Assembly: GCF_009914755.1 (NCBI RefSeq)
Contig: NC_060926.1
DNA from: the human T2T-CHM13v2.0 reference genome, Homo sapiens
DNA: 64,000 nucleotides
Direction: 5' to 3' (one strand)
Under the pieces are notes generated by a model. It searched no databases, was not told the origin of the DNA, and saw only the letters and a program-made list of their open reading frames with translations. The position numbers were made by a program, and so were the translations under genes. This document shows positions 1 through 14,309 of the stretch, piece after piece; positions within the stretch are counted from its first letter, which is position 1; the number at the start of each line of letters is the position of its first letter.

Positions 1-521
1 ATATCTTCCATGCGATAGAATAAAGTGGAAAGCAAAGCTTAGTGTCTGTCCTTATGGTGTTCACCCTAGAGGAGTTCAAGAGAATTAAAATGTTCATTTG
101 AAATGCTTCTTCTCTCCTCTAAATCTTCTCATTGCAGAGACCCAGCTACTATGAGCTGTTAGAATGAGCACAGAGAAGGAGGAATCTTATACCATGTAAA
201 GGCAGCCTCCTGAGGGCTGCTAGGACAGGACCTACCCGGGTGGGTAGGTGGTACCTGGGAGAAAAAATGAAAGTAGGGGAAGAAGTCTGGCTTGGTAGCT
301 GGAGAAGCCACTCTGTGTGATCTTATTAAACCTAGTTTCCACATCTGTAAAAATGTAATTGGACCTGGTCTCTTCATGTCGGATGCTGTTGCAGAATCAA
401 ATGAACCAAAATAATATCAAAGAACATGTTTGGGAAACTTTAAGGAGCTTCTTAACTGTAAGGGGCCCTGGAAGACCTGTGACGCTCATAATAATAATCC
501 CCTCTTAAGAGACTGATTGTT

Positions 522-982
<461 letters not shown>

Positions 983-1189
983 CTAAGCAGGAGGGATATG
1001 GCAGACACAAAGCCCTTGGCTCCCACCAGGATACAGAATGCAGCTGGAATGGCCTGGCTGGAATGGTCCACGGGGTTGAGCGTCACTGGGAGACAGAGGG
1101 CTCAGAAAGACTTCTTTTGCATATAGGGAGCTGAGGGAATGCCCTGGAGCACTATGAATCCCAAACTGAAACTCACAGAGTCCTTATTA

Positions 1190-1414
<225 letters not shown>

Positions 1415-2259
1415 TCACTCAATATCAGTCAAAAATGAAGTTTATAAGGGGCTTTCATGACATCCATCGGGAAGATGAGGGGGAAAAAATTGAGCCACCA
1501 GTAGACTGAGTTGACCTCAGGACCCTGATGTACATTTTCTATCAAGGGCAGACAGATCTAAGAGGTCTGAATGTTCTGACCAAGGCCATGCTGAGGATCT
1601 CTGGGAGATGAATTAGAAGCCAGGGCACTTAATGGCTTGGTCTAAGAGTTCTATCCAAAGTCTATTCTGCCTATAATAATTTGTGCAGCTTTATAGAGAA
1701 CTCCAATTCATCTCGTCCAGATAATGCCTCCATCCCTACTTTATGTTCAGACTTGTAACTTCCTCTAATGTTGTTTGCTTGGGTTATTGCCTTATCAATG
1801 AGAGGGCTGAAACTGCACTCTGAAGTTATGAGTTCTTAACAATTATGTTATTGTCAGGGTTGTGGGGGAAGCTAGGTGACCGGAGTTTTCCCAAAGCCAA
1901 GAGGCCAGAAAGCCAAAAGGATTAATGTTTCTGATTTGCATGAGAGAAAGAAGGCTTGAAAGAAAAGCAGCAGAGAAGCATTATTCCTGTCCTTAGCAGC
2001 ACCTCATGTGGATTTTGTGTGGTGAAAAGTCATTACAATATATCTACAAATCAAATGATCATGCACTGCCTGATCTAACACAGTGCTTCCCAGAAAATCC
2101 CAAGCTCAATCACTATTTGCTAATGTTTTACGGCAGACAAAGCCTTTTTTGTTAAAGAAGGAAGGATTTGAGAATTAGTTCTCTTTCATAGATAGATGTG
2201 TCACAAGACTGAGTGCAGGGAGGAGGGAAGGAAGGAAATTAGCATTTCTTCTGTAGCTT

Positions 2260-2425
2260 CCCCGGAACAGACGCCATGCTGGACTCTTTACCTACATAAT
2301 GTCACATGATATTCACCGTGGCTCTTTGAGATAGAAATGATCATCTCTGTTTTACAGATGCATCAACTGAGACCTAGAGAGGCAAGTGATGGAAGCAGAA
2401 ACTGAGCCCAGGTTTGCCTCATATC
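2260..2425 (-). mobile_element. MIR
   Basis: Core ctgttttacagatgcatcaactgagacctagagagg. Confidence 0.7.
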
Positions 2426-3189
2426 AGCAGGCCATGTTCTATGGTGAATGGGCTGACCTGCTATTCTGGTGGTAACTGTTAACCCACTTGGAGGGACTTT
2501 GTGAAGAGGAAAAGGGGGAGAAGAGGAGAAGAAGAGAAAGAAGAAAAGGCAGGCAGCAGGAGTAGCAGAGGCATTTTCCCAGTCTGCCTGCTCTGCAGTT
2601 TCTTCCACATTACCCCCTGTACCAGCTCTTGCAGGTTCTGGTCTCCTACCTCTAACCCCCTTTTAGGATAAACCCCACTTCACACACTTGAAGGAAATCT
2701 CTGGCCTGGGTACCCATGGCAGTCTCTTGTTTCCAGACCCCTCCACTATTTTACCTGCAGGTGCTGCCCTTAGGCAATGCTTATTAAAGGCCCTTGTGCC
2801 CTGCAACTGGGACAGGATGGGCATTCCACGGTCTCCTTCCTAAAAAAACATTTTAATCTCTGCTTTCCATAGCTCTGAGTTGGAAGTGCTGGCTCTTGGG
2901 TATCTAGGAAAGAATTTTGACTTTTCTCTTATATTTGGTCTACAGAGATTAGAACTGAATTGATTTGTGCCAGGTACATCTTTCTGCAGCATTTCTGCAA
3001 AACAGCTCAGAGGAAATGCACTGAAAGGGGTGAGAGTCTGTGTTTGTGAGTTGCAGAGAGAAGCCATCTCATTTCACCTGCACATCAACTCTGTTTCGTA
3101 GATAGGCAATGGGGCTCAGAGAAGTGAATGCAAAGCCACGTAGGGTTACTTTGGGTGGGGTTAAGTTTATTAGCCTTTTAAAAAATTAG

Positions 3190-3430
3190 TATGTATCGAG
3201 CACATATGGACCGGTATGATGCTAAGTGCTTTAAATGTGTGATTTTGTTTACTTCTTACAGTAACCTTGTGAATAAGTTTATTTGTCCTCATTTTGCAGC
3301 TGAGGAAATTGAGGCATAAAGACGTTAGTTACCTTGACTACAGCCACACAGCCAGCAGGAGACAGGAAATCAGGGTCAAAAGACTAGATCAACTGACACT
3401 GAAGTCCAAGCTCCTTTCACCACTCTGCAC
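3190..3430 (-). mobile_element. MIR, near full length
   Basis: ctcattttgcagctgaggaaattgaggcataaagacgttagttaccttg. Confidence 0.8.
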
Positions 3431-4879
3431 AGGCCACAGACTGGTGCAGGGTGGTCCTCAGCTCTCCACAGGGCCTGGCAGGGCCCCCACGGCACAATGG
3501 CTGAGGTCAGAGGCCACCACTGAGCATGCTTCAGAATAGGGCAAGTGGGAAGGGTCTGGGAAGACTCGGACAATCAATCTCCATGTGAATAAAAATTCAC
3601 TTAGACTCTAGGTCTGAGTCATTGGCTAATCTCAAATTTTAAGTAGCTTTGAAGTGACAGGAAGACTAAGCCTAGGTTATACTTTCCTGTTTCTAAGTGA
3701 TGTCATTTTTCTGAACCATTCAGTTTGGGAATGATATTAACTTCTTCCTGGATGTGAGGAACCAAGCAGATGGGGCTAGACTTCAGGGAGCACTTATGAA
3801 TCTGTGAATGGGTACAGAATGGCAGATAACTTTAATATGAATGGGGGCCAGATAATATATTCAGGGGTTTAAAAAAAAAGAAAGCTTTCAAAAGGAAGGG
3901 CTCTGAGGGCTGGGTCATGACCCAGCAAGGTAATATGGACATCACTGTGGGCCATCTCTTCAGAAGCATGAGCTTAAAGCCTTTTATATCACAAAACACC
4001 AATAACTTGCCAGGCATCCACAGGGTTGAATATTGCAGGGTTGAAAAAAAGCAGAAAGTCTTAACTTGCCCTTACAGGAACTCCTAGAATTTCTTCCAGC
4101 CAGTGGGCTCACAGGGTCTCCAATCTTACCCATGAGAGTAGGGAGTGCAAGTGATAAGCCGGATGAGGCTAGGGAGCTAATGTGGGGGTCAGCCAAAAGG
4201 CTGAGCCTCCCCACCTGAAAAGTCAAGGATCAAGGAAAGCAAAGCCCACATGAATGCAGTTGTTTTCCAAAATCGGAAGCATTGGAACAGAAATGAGTGC
4301 TAGTCAAAGTTCACAGAATACACATCAATGTAGAATATAAAGAACAAAATACTTCTGCATTTAACAAGTACAGGGTCAAGACACTGTCTGTTCCCATCAA
4401 GCTCTTTACCCTTGCCCTACCCAACCACTGCAGGGAAGGATTTTCTAGCAGAAAGAGAAGCCATGCCATCAGAAGCAATCCATTTAAGCTAGAGAAAGCC
4501 TTGTCTTTTCAGGGTTCCACTCTGAAAATATGAGGATCCAGAGTGAAATGGGCCTCATCAATGCAGATATATGGGTGAAGGTATGAATGCAGACCAACTG
4601 GCTCAAGTAGAGTGACTCTTGGACCTTGGGAGATGAAACGTAGATGAGAAAGGAGTGGGGAAATAGGAGCAGGAGCTTCTAGGTGCCCAAGTGAGGCAGA
4701 CAAGTGAAGGCCTGAAGAGAAAGGAGGAAGAAATATACCTGGACTGAAGGCATTATTGATTTGCTAGCAATACAATTGTTGCTGTTTTTCTGATGATTTC
4801 TTAAGCCCTTTCTAGGCACTGCAGGGTATCAAGGCAGAGTGAAAACCTCAAGCTCTTGACACTCTGAATTTTTCACTGT

Positions 4880-7227
4880 GTATCATCCCCCTAATGTCCT
4901 CAGCTTCAGCTCCAGGGCTCATCTCTATCATAATTTCATTTCACACAATCTCAACTCCTTTGCCTCTTTCTTTACAATTATCCTGGAGCAGGTGGATGTG
5001 GTAGTGGGAGAAGAGGGGTGGAGGAACACACAACAGTGCTGACAGGCCTCATTTTAAATTCATCACCAGAAACCTCAAGACCCTCAGGATGGCCCGGGAA
5101 TCCCATTGCCTTCCCTGACTAACTCAGTTCACTCTCTCTCTTTCCAATACAACTAGTTCAAACTTCCTCTCAAGTTCTCAAAACTCCAATTCCCCATATG
5201 CTTCCACATTCTCAGTGAATGAATTTGTTTCTTAGCTTATTGAGAAAAGAGAAGTGATCTACCCACTTACATGTATCAGTGCCTTCTCTTCTGTTGTAAA
5301 GGATAACAGTTTACTCTCTTAAACAGTGCCAGCCTCTTCACTTAGGTGCTAGTCTCGTCTCTTCTCAAGGGATCTGCTGTTACAATGGTCCTGCATCAAC
5401 AATTTTCCCTCTCTACCAAGTCAGTCACACAAACATGCACCATCTTATAAAGAAAGAAAAAGCTTCTTTGACTGCCACACTCTTCTCCAGCCATTGTCCC
5501 TTTACTCTGCTCTTCTTTACAGCTAAATCTATTAAAAGATTTGTCTTTGCTCCTGTCTCCACCTTCTTCTTCCCGTGTTCTCTTAAATCCAACAAAATCT
5601 AGATTGTCTTCACTACTCCACCTCAAGGTCGCCGACGACCCTAGGCTGCAGATACATTGAACAACTCTAGGTCTTTGTTTCACTGGACCACTCAGCAGCA
5701 TTTGCCCCTGCAATCACTCCCTGCTTCTTGGATTTTTCACATCCTGGTCACCACATAGTCTTTGGTTGCCTCCTGCTTCAGTGGGAAGATCCTCTTTATT
5801 CTTCTTTGCCAGGTCTTCCTTATTTTCCAAACTGTAGAGGAGGAAACGTCTCCTTTTCCGGCAGCACTTGCTTAGGAACTGTCATGGCTGAGTATTATAT
5901 TTTATCCCACTGGTTCTAACCAGCTGATGATCAATAAATTTCAAGTGAGTGCGGGACACCAGACCCTTCCTGTACCTAACTGAAGACTCTTTGCTGACCA
6001 ATGAAGATAACTTGTTTACCCATGCTCACACAAACCTATGCATTCATTCATTCTCTTTAGTTCAAAGAACCGATTTTCAACTCCAAATAACCAGAACCAC
6101 ATTGTAGCCCTCTTCGTAAGACTTTAAAAACTCTGACTTTTCTTACTTGGAAAACCATACAGTGAATTTCTCCTTGCCCGACATGTAAGTAAGCTTGTCA
6201 TAAAAAACAACTCTGTGGGATCTTTATTTTATTATTTGACAGTTGTTAAAAGTTGAAGAACTTGGGAATTTTCTGCATCTAAACTCTCTCTCAAAGTGAT
6301 CTTACCCAGTTTCATGGCTCTAAATATCATCCACATACTACTGTTACCAAATTTGTGTCTTCAGCCCAATCTCTCCCCTGAACAACAGAATACACAGAAT
6401 ATACATCCAACTGCCTGCTCAAAATCTCCACTTTATTGCCCAATAAGCATCTGAAACTTACCATGAGCAAGCCAAAAACCTAACCTCCCTTCCCCTAAAC
6501 CCCAGGTATTCCCCATTTCAGAAAGTGTTACCAATACTCGCCTGGTTGCTTGGGCCAAAAACCAATGAGGAATCCTTAACTTCTTCCTTTTATTCACACC
6601 CCACATCAATTCATCAGCAAATCTTGATGGCTCTACCTGAATTTTACCCCTTCTCATCTTTTCCCATCTCGCATCTCTCCATTATTGCTATGAGCTCCCA
6701 GAGGGCCCCCCTTCAGTCTGTTCTCTATGTGGCAGTTAGATTGACACTGCAGCCCCTGAAATAGCTTTCAAATTTCTTGCCATAGCCTAGCCCCTAAAGG
6801 CCCCACAGGATCTGGCTCCTGATTCTGTCTCTAACCTCATTTGCAACCATTTTCCCTCATTGCTGGAGCTCAGTCCCACAGGTCTCCTTGCTCTTCCCCG
6901 AACTCACCAAGCACATTCCCACCCCAGGGCCTTTGCACTGGCAGTTCTCTCAGCCGAGGAAGCTCCTCCTACTCAGAGGTACATGGCCACTCCCTCTCTC
7001 TGTCCAGGTCCCTGTCCATAGGTCAACTTCCCAGAAAGAATTTCCCTGGTCATCCTGCTGAGAGACAACTCATTGTAAGCCACTCCCATCCCTTTGCCCT
7101 ATTTCTTACACATATATGTGTTCTGTATATTGGTTTATTCATTGTGTACCTCCTGCACTAGTCACTGCTATGTCTCCATGCCTGGCACACAGCAGGCACT
7201 CAATAAATATTTGTCAAATAAATGAAA
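4880..7227 (+). mobile_element. L2 LINE relic (ORF2 3' part and 3' end), interrupted at 5880-6241
   Basis: Pyrimidine-rich L2-like blocks (atacatccaactgcctgctcaaaatctccact; cagggcctttgcactggcagtt) and the L2 terminus cctggcacacagcaggcactcaataaatatttg. Confidence 0.8.
5880..6241. mobile_element. Solo-LTR-like insertion, family not recognised
   Basis: 362-bp block beginning TGTCA and ending TGACA that interrupts L2 homology. Confidence 0.5.
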
Positions 7228-7254
7228 TCAGCGCCCTGGAGGAAGGTGTTATCT

Positions 7255-7400
7255 CTGGCACTTATTAGCTGTTAACTTCAGGCTAAGCACACACTCTGCC
7301 AAACCTCAATTTTCTGAAAACGATGACAAGAATAAGAATAGGGCATATTCTAAAAATTCTCAGGGTTTTGTAAGGGCCACATGAGATAATGTGTGCATGA
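7255..7400 (+). mobile_element. MIR fragment
   Basis: gcacttattagctgt...aacctcaattttctg...atgagataatgtgtg. Confidence 0.6.
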
Positions 7401-8813
7401 CACAGTCTTTCAGTATCAGTCATATCATTCTTAAAATTGTATGCTCCTATCTCTGTTTTAGAATCCAAAATGAGTGGGAGTCTTGGTCTCTTTTCTATAT
7501 TTAGATCATCTTGTGTCAATAATTACAACGTCCAGAAATCAAAAGTGCTCCCAGAGAGCTGCTTCGCTATTATTCACTAGTTAATCATTAACTTTGCCAA
7601 ATGTACATGATCACAACTACCCAAATTGCAGCCGATTGGCACTGTGTATTTCCAATCTTTATTTTTACATGTCTCACTGCATGTCTATTTATTCCTAAGC
7701 CAATGAACATAATATAATAAATATATCATACTTGTGTCAGTATAAGTAATGAAGAGCTATGCATGTGTGATGGTTATTTACATGAATGCCCCAGGCTCAC
7801 TGGCAAGCATGTTTTACAAACCTACATCAATAAAATGTAACAAATGCTCCTATTCTAAATGCTCTTTGGAACAGTTCCTACCTTGCCTGTACACGTTTTA
7901 CTTATTTCTTTTCCTTCCAACAATAAAACAATCAGTGACAGTCTGCTTGTTTTTTCCCTGTTATTTGAAAACACACTTAATAATGCATTCGTTTACAATG
8001 ATTTTGTGTCACACAAAGCAAAGCTTAGTGTGGCCAAATAAATAGTGGTCTGGATGTCAAATCAGGCACAGCTCTCAGAGAGTACAGGGCAGGCCTGTTT
8101 TTGGGACTGGCAGCCCAGGGGAAATGGTTTGGGTATTCACTAGGCTGAGCCTGCACCTGTTCAGCAAAAGAAACCTCAGTAAATTTACATGACTCCTAGA
8201 GTTAGCGGTGATGGGCGATGTTGTTAATTTAGTCTGAAAAACAGAGATGTGATTTCAGAGAAAGGAGAGAGTTTGCAGATGCACCATTTGTCCTAAACAT
8301 ATAGCCCTCCCCATACCTTCTCTAGGCCTGGAAAATGAGCGGTTTGAACTCACTGCTCGCTAAGGTCCTCTCTGGTTCATACATATTTGTTTCTCTATGG
8401 TTTGCTTTCACATTTTCTTCCAGCTGGCTCATTCAGAAGGGAGCTATTAGTGTCAAGGGCGGAATTTGGATGGAATTAAACAGCTCCCACTCCACCTCAC
8501 CTTTCTCTAAGCCCCATCCCATCCTGCCAGAGAAGTTTGTGCTCTTTCTTAGTAGCTCAAATATTGAAGCAAAAATTACTCTCCCATAATATTCTTTTGT
8601 ACTGTCAAAAGTTATAGCTTCAGCATGCACTTCCTGCCTCCCCAAGAGGACCCATGTATAACTTTTGTGTTCACTCAATGGTGAAGGACCTCTGCCAGCC
8701 AATGAAAGCATGTACCCCTTCCCAAGGCACAACAGTGAGGAATATTAATAAAGGAAATTGTTAGCATGGTGCCTACCCTTAGGGATTTGGTTACCTTCAG
8801 GCTATCCTATACC

Positions 8814-8840
8814 AAAAAAAAAAAAAAAAAAAAAAAAAAA
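8814..8840 (+). repeat. Isolated A27 mononucleotide run
   Basis: Direct count; no adjacent Alu or L1 body. Confidence 0.95.
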
Positions 8841-10454
8841 GGAATCACAAAGAGGTTGCTCCAGAATGGCTAAAGCGTGTAAATCTGGAGCCCAAACACT
8901 CTGGCCACTGTTTGCCTTTTCAGCCTTATTTCCCATTCAGAATCCTTCCTTTCACATTCTATCCCATTACTCCTTAGTCTCCAAACTTATGCCCAAGCTA
9001 ATCTCTGCCTAGAACATCCTTCTCCACCCCCTGCTTTCCTAAATCCTACCCCTTCTTAAAGGCCCAGCTCAAATCCCTCCTCCTCAAGGTCCCTGTCTTC
9101 CCTGAGCTGGACACCAAAGCAGTTGAGCTGGGATTCGGGTTGTGCCAGAACAAAACCTGAACTTGGGCCCTGACCTCCTTAACCACTTAGGATAGTGGTG
9201 TTGAGGCCATTCAACAAACATGTTAATGACGATGGATTGTAATTGCATATTAATTTCACTCACACAACTTAAGTTTCAGGTCTGTTGTTTATGTTGATTT
9301 CTTTTCTTTTTTTTTTTGCTCATTGATTTAGAAAAAATTAGGAAAAGCATTTCACAGTGGCTGTTTTTGGTTTGGTGTCATGTAGGACATGCTTTGCAGG
9401 GGCAGGGGCAGATCAAGACATGGACCTATTTCATCAGTTGAGCTACCACATCTATGCAGGTACTAGTGACTCATAATTCATGGCCAAAGTCCTATAACAA
9501 AGGCCATGTGACAGCTGATGCCTCCTCTTCAGAACCTGTATCTCTCAGAATTTGATAGTTCCAGGTCACTCACTGCATTTTCACCTTTCCAGACATGATT
9601 TCAGCATCCCAAGCAAGCACCTCCTGACTCATCCATGAGCGTCACAATGTCTCCTTTGGCCCTGAACCCCTGCTGCAGGTGTGCTTGGTCACTGGCCCTA
9701 CCTAACTGGCCAAGGTGGACTCACACTGGCTTTTGGTAGCTGTGGAAGACTAATGGGCATTTTTATTTTACTAATCCAAGACAGCAAATATCACTCTCCA
9801 GGTGGCCTGATTCTTAACACACCCGCACTCCCTACCCCCGTAAGACCTGAGTGCTTCCATTAGCAGGGCAACATGACTCTCTGTTTGGGTCCATTTCTGT
9901 GGTTTGCTTGTACTCTGCTCTTTATGAAATTTACTCCACTGTGATCTTAAGCCTATTTTCTCCCCCCAAAATATGTTGACTAGAATAATAATCAAAAGGA
10001 AGGCTTTGAACTGCCATCAGGCCTTTCATCTTGTGATCTCAGAGAGCTTTACCAAGCACTAAATAATTAATATACTGAAAGCGATACAAAGACACAAAGA
10101 CACAAAGACAGGGCAGCCTGGAAAACCAAGTCCATCAACAAAAGACCTTTTTCTTTTGGAGTGAGAGAGTCCTGGTAAGGATAATCACCCACCAGCAGGC
10201 CCAGGAGTCTCCAGACATGTTAGACAAGAGGCTACAAACTATCCAAGAACAACTGGCTCTTCTCTTGACCTGATGTTTCAAGTTGGGAAGTAACGGTTAC
10301 CAGGATGACTCCTGAAATCATGCAGTGAGTGCCCTGGGGAGAGTGTGACCCACTTTCACAGGAAGAAGGGAGCTCCAGCGTGGAAGAGTGGATTGCAACT
10401 GTGTGCACATTCACCACGACTTAGGGCTCCCTGATGCCTTTCAGAGGCATCTGC

Positions 10455-10620
10455 TTTTGTGATCCTTACAACAACTTTGGTAGTTAACCTCTTTTACAGA
10501 TGAAAAGATTGAGGCTCGGAAAGCACAAATGCCCAAGGTCACATTGCCAGTGAGTACTAGGATAGGATGTATGACTGCAGACCTCTGATGTGTGGACCAG
10601 CTAGGAATGCCACTCTACAG
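10455..10620 (-). mobile_element. MIR
   Basis: cttttacagatgaaaagattgaggctcgg...tgcccaaggtcaca. Confidence 0.75.
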
Positions 10621-11134
10621 TACAAATCCCTTGCAGGTGATGATTCTCCTGGGGAACAGGGGTTGGGAATTAAATACAGAAGAAAGAAACTGACCAGGTC
10701 AGAGATGCTTGCTGCATTCTCCTAACTGAGGACAATAGATCCCTTTGGGTCAACCAGGAAGTCGACCTAGAAACACACACCTTCCATCAGGGCAGCTGGC
10801 TCTGTGGGGTCTCAGGCTCAGCCACGACTGTTTCCATGGCAACCACCACAAAGCCTGATGCCTGGATCCTTGAAATTGGTCCTTGGCTTGTCCAAGGGAA
10901 GATGCTTAGGGTGAGGGGAAGAAGAGGGACAAAACACTTTCTCCTAACTTCCAGACCTTTCAATCCCTCTTTATCTACTTGTCACCCCTGTCATTTCAGG
11001 ATAAAGAGTCTATCCTCTAAGAAGCCCCAGCTCCAGATGCCACATTACTCAGCACAAAGGCCCCTCACCATGACTGAACTCATTTCCAGAGATAGGCTGA
11101 TGTGCTAGAGAACTGTGTTCTCAGATACAGCAGT

Positions 11135-11290
11135 GTTACTGCGTGACCTTGGGTAAGCTGCTTAACCTTTTTCAAGCTTTGTTTCTCTGCATGTAAAACA
11201 GAACTCATCATGCTTTCCCAGCCAACTTTTGGGATGCTCAAAGAATTAATGAGACAGTATCTACAAAGCCCTCAGGCTCTTTTGAAGAAA
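11135..11290 (+). mobile_element. MIR
   Basis: gcgtgaccttgggtaagctgcttaacc...tgtaaaa. Confidence 0.7.
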
Positions 11291-11819
11291 GGTACACTAG
11301 AAATCCTTGTGCTTTTACTAAGGGGTATTGGCATGATGCTATATTTTAAATCACTCTTCACCTGTATTACTAAAATAAACTCAGCTTGTATTAAAATAGA
11401 TAGGCCAACAGCCTGATTGGCTTCATCCTACTCTGGTGCTATGTCACCTTTGTTGCTTCCATTCATCTTGCATTGTTAACAATGGTGATCAATGTTACCC
11501 TTGGCCTCATGCAGAGACTCAGAGTGGGGGAGCTGGGAGGGGCCATGAAGACTATTTATCTGTGTCTTCCTATCACACATGTGAGCAAGCTGAAACACAG
11601 GAAGGAAAGATGCTTCACTCGAAGTCATCTCGTTAGTGAAAAAAATCACAAAATATGATCTTCTGTGCCCCCATTCTATGCCTCACCCACCACAGGAGAA
11701 GGTAGCAAAGAAAGGAGGAGGGAGAAGAAATAGGGAGACATGTTTTTGTTCTTTAAACCTTTAAGCTGCAATACTCTGGGATGTTTTTAAAAAAAAAATC
11801 ACTGAGAAAGAAACCAATA

Positions 11820-12400
11820 CTTCATGTGTGCCTATTACACACGGTGCCCAGCACCATACTGGGGGCTTTATAGTCATTGCCCCACAAATCCCACAATTTT
11901 CTGAGTGGGGATTATTATTACCATTTTCAAACGCAGGAACTGAGGCTCAGAGAGGTTGAGTAACTTGTCCAAGGTTCTGGAGCCAAAAGGGGTGGAGCTA
12001 AGATTAATTCATTAATTCCATTCATACTTCCTGAGTATCTCCTATGTGCCGAGCTCTGCCCTTGGCAGTTGGGCTGCATTCGTGAGCAGAACCCCACACT
12101 ACCCTCTTAGAGCTTCCAGGCTGAGGAGCTTAGAGTGTGGAAGGCAGCAGACAGCCATCCAACAACCTCTCAAGTCCTTTTGACATCTTGATGTTGTTAT
12201 CCATTGTGAAGGAGACAGACACAACCCTATGAGAACGTATGATGAGGGATCTGACTTCATTACGAGAGGCAGGGGAAGATTACCTGAGAAGCTGATGCTT
12301 GCGCTGAGGCCCTTAACCAGATGAGTAGAGTTAACTAGTTAAAGGGAGTGGGGTAGGGTGGGAGGCTGGAGAAGGCAGGGTCTATTCCAACTCAAGTCTC
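11820..12400 (-). mobile_element. MIR (about 11820-12005) followed by an L2 3' fragment (about 12005-12400)
   Basis: aactgaggctcagagaggttgagtaacttgtccaagg; then ccattcatacttcctgagtatctcctatgtgcc. Confidence 0.7.
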
Positions 12401-14309
12401 TCAGAACGGAGCGCCAGCTCCTTATTTGCCACCAAGAAAGGTGAGGCATTATAGAGGAACCTTGATGGATGGCCCAATCACACTGCTACTGTCCAGCAAA
12501 GAACCCCTTGGAGATGACATTGATTGCAATCGAGAACAAGGACAGGGAATGAAACACAGCAGAAGGAGTGACCAGTTCATAAATGCCTGCTGCCTTCTCC
12601 TGATTAAGGATGACAGATGCCTCCAGATCAACCTAGAAGGCCATCTAAAACTGCTACCTAAAATGGCTCTGCCCCGTAACAGGACTGACCTGACTTGCCA
12701 GGGACCCTCCTGCCTTTTCTCGGATGCTCAGTCTGTTGGCCAACTTTCCTGCAGGGAAGAGGCCTGGAACCCAGCCACTAAACCTCAGCCTCCCCTCGCT
12801 CTGAAACCTGAATTACCTTCTGGAAAAGTGAAGGGTTGAATCTGCCCCAGGAACTCTTCTTGCAGCCATCTGGGTCACGGATAAGCCCTGGCTTGCTCTC
12901 CTTGCCCTCTCCCATGGCCAGGGCCAGCAAGGTCAGAGCCTCTCTCTTTATTTTGCTTTAAAAATGAGGTGAAGAGAGGCAAAGAGGGAGGGGAGAGCAG
13001 GGAGAGAGAGAAAAGAAGAGAGAGGAAGGAGAAGGGAGAGATGGCAAGGAGACGCCTATTAAGCAATAGAGCTGCAACAAAGAAGGGAAGAAACGTGGTG
13101 GGGGAAAGAGAAATCATCTGACATTTTTTCACTATCTGGAAGTTACTGGGAGAAAGTTATTCAAGTACCACGGTAAAAAGGCCATAAAACACCTTGGGGA
13201 AAACATGAAAGTCACGCTGCCACCATACAGACGAGCACCCTGGAATTAGCTGCCAGAGCGATGTCTAAAAAGAGGAAATTCAGTGGCCCACATTGCAGCC
13301 TCCTCCCCAGTCCCTCCCAGCTCCCACCCCCTCCAAATCGCCTGGCTCTAAAGGCAGAGGCAGTAATTTGGAGCTGGCAAGTGTGAAGGAATGTGGAAGC
13401 TGTTATTTGCCTTCATGCAGCACATCTTGAGTGCATCTTTCAGAATATAATTTAAAATACACTTTCGGTTTTACTATAGAAAATCTGAAAAAAAATCAAG
13501 AAGATCTAAAGGAGAAAATAAATATCACCCATACCTCCAGCATCCAGAGAAGCCAGTGTTAACATTTTATTGCATATTGGTTTGTGACTTGGTTTTCACT
13601 CACTTAACAAGACAGCACTTGGCTGAAAAGTATATCGAGGAGAAGGGAAGGAGAGAGATCCTCTGCACCCATGAGATTTGTCTGCAGGGCAAAGAAGGTA
13701 AGTCGTCCTATTAAACCACCCAAGCAGCTTGCACCCTGGCACACAGATGCTGAAATTATGGCAACTCGGGATCCCCTCGCCCCTTGGCAAGGACCTGCCA
13801 TTAAATGCGGCACAAGCTCCGAGAAAGCAAAGGCTGTCCTTAGGAAGGGCAGGCCTACGGGGATTTGGGAGATGCTGGGATGTGAGTGCAGGATAGACCA
13901 GGAGGAGGCAGATACACTAGTGTGTACCCTCAGCACAAGTAGACAGAGGGATAAGCAGATTCTGCTCTGGTAGGCACCTTGTAGAAGTCATAAGAAGCAA
14001 AGACTATACAGAATTATAGTGTTATGTAAGTGCTTGAACCTAAATAGGAGGTACAGTACATTGATTTTATGACTTGGAAAGGCTAAAAAAAAGTGGAATT
14101 CCACCTCATTTTCAAAGGAACAGCCAATGAAAGTAAACTAGAGATAGAGGGATAGAGTTCTATCTCTGTGGCCAATGACACACCCCACAAATACATGGAC
14201 TCCCAAAGCCCTTTCATTTAAGCCTTTGATCCTCATAAAGGTTTAATAAGATAAGAAAAACAAATCCCAACTTACACAAGAGGAAAACAAAGAATCAGAG
14301 AGGCTAAGC

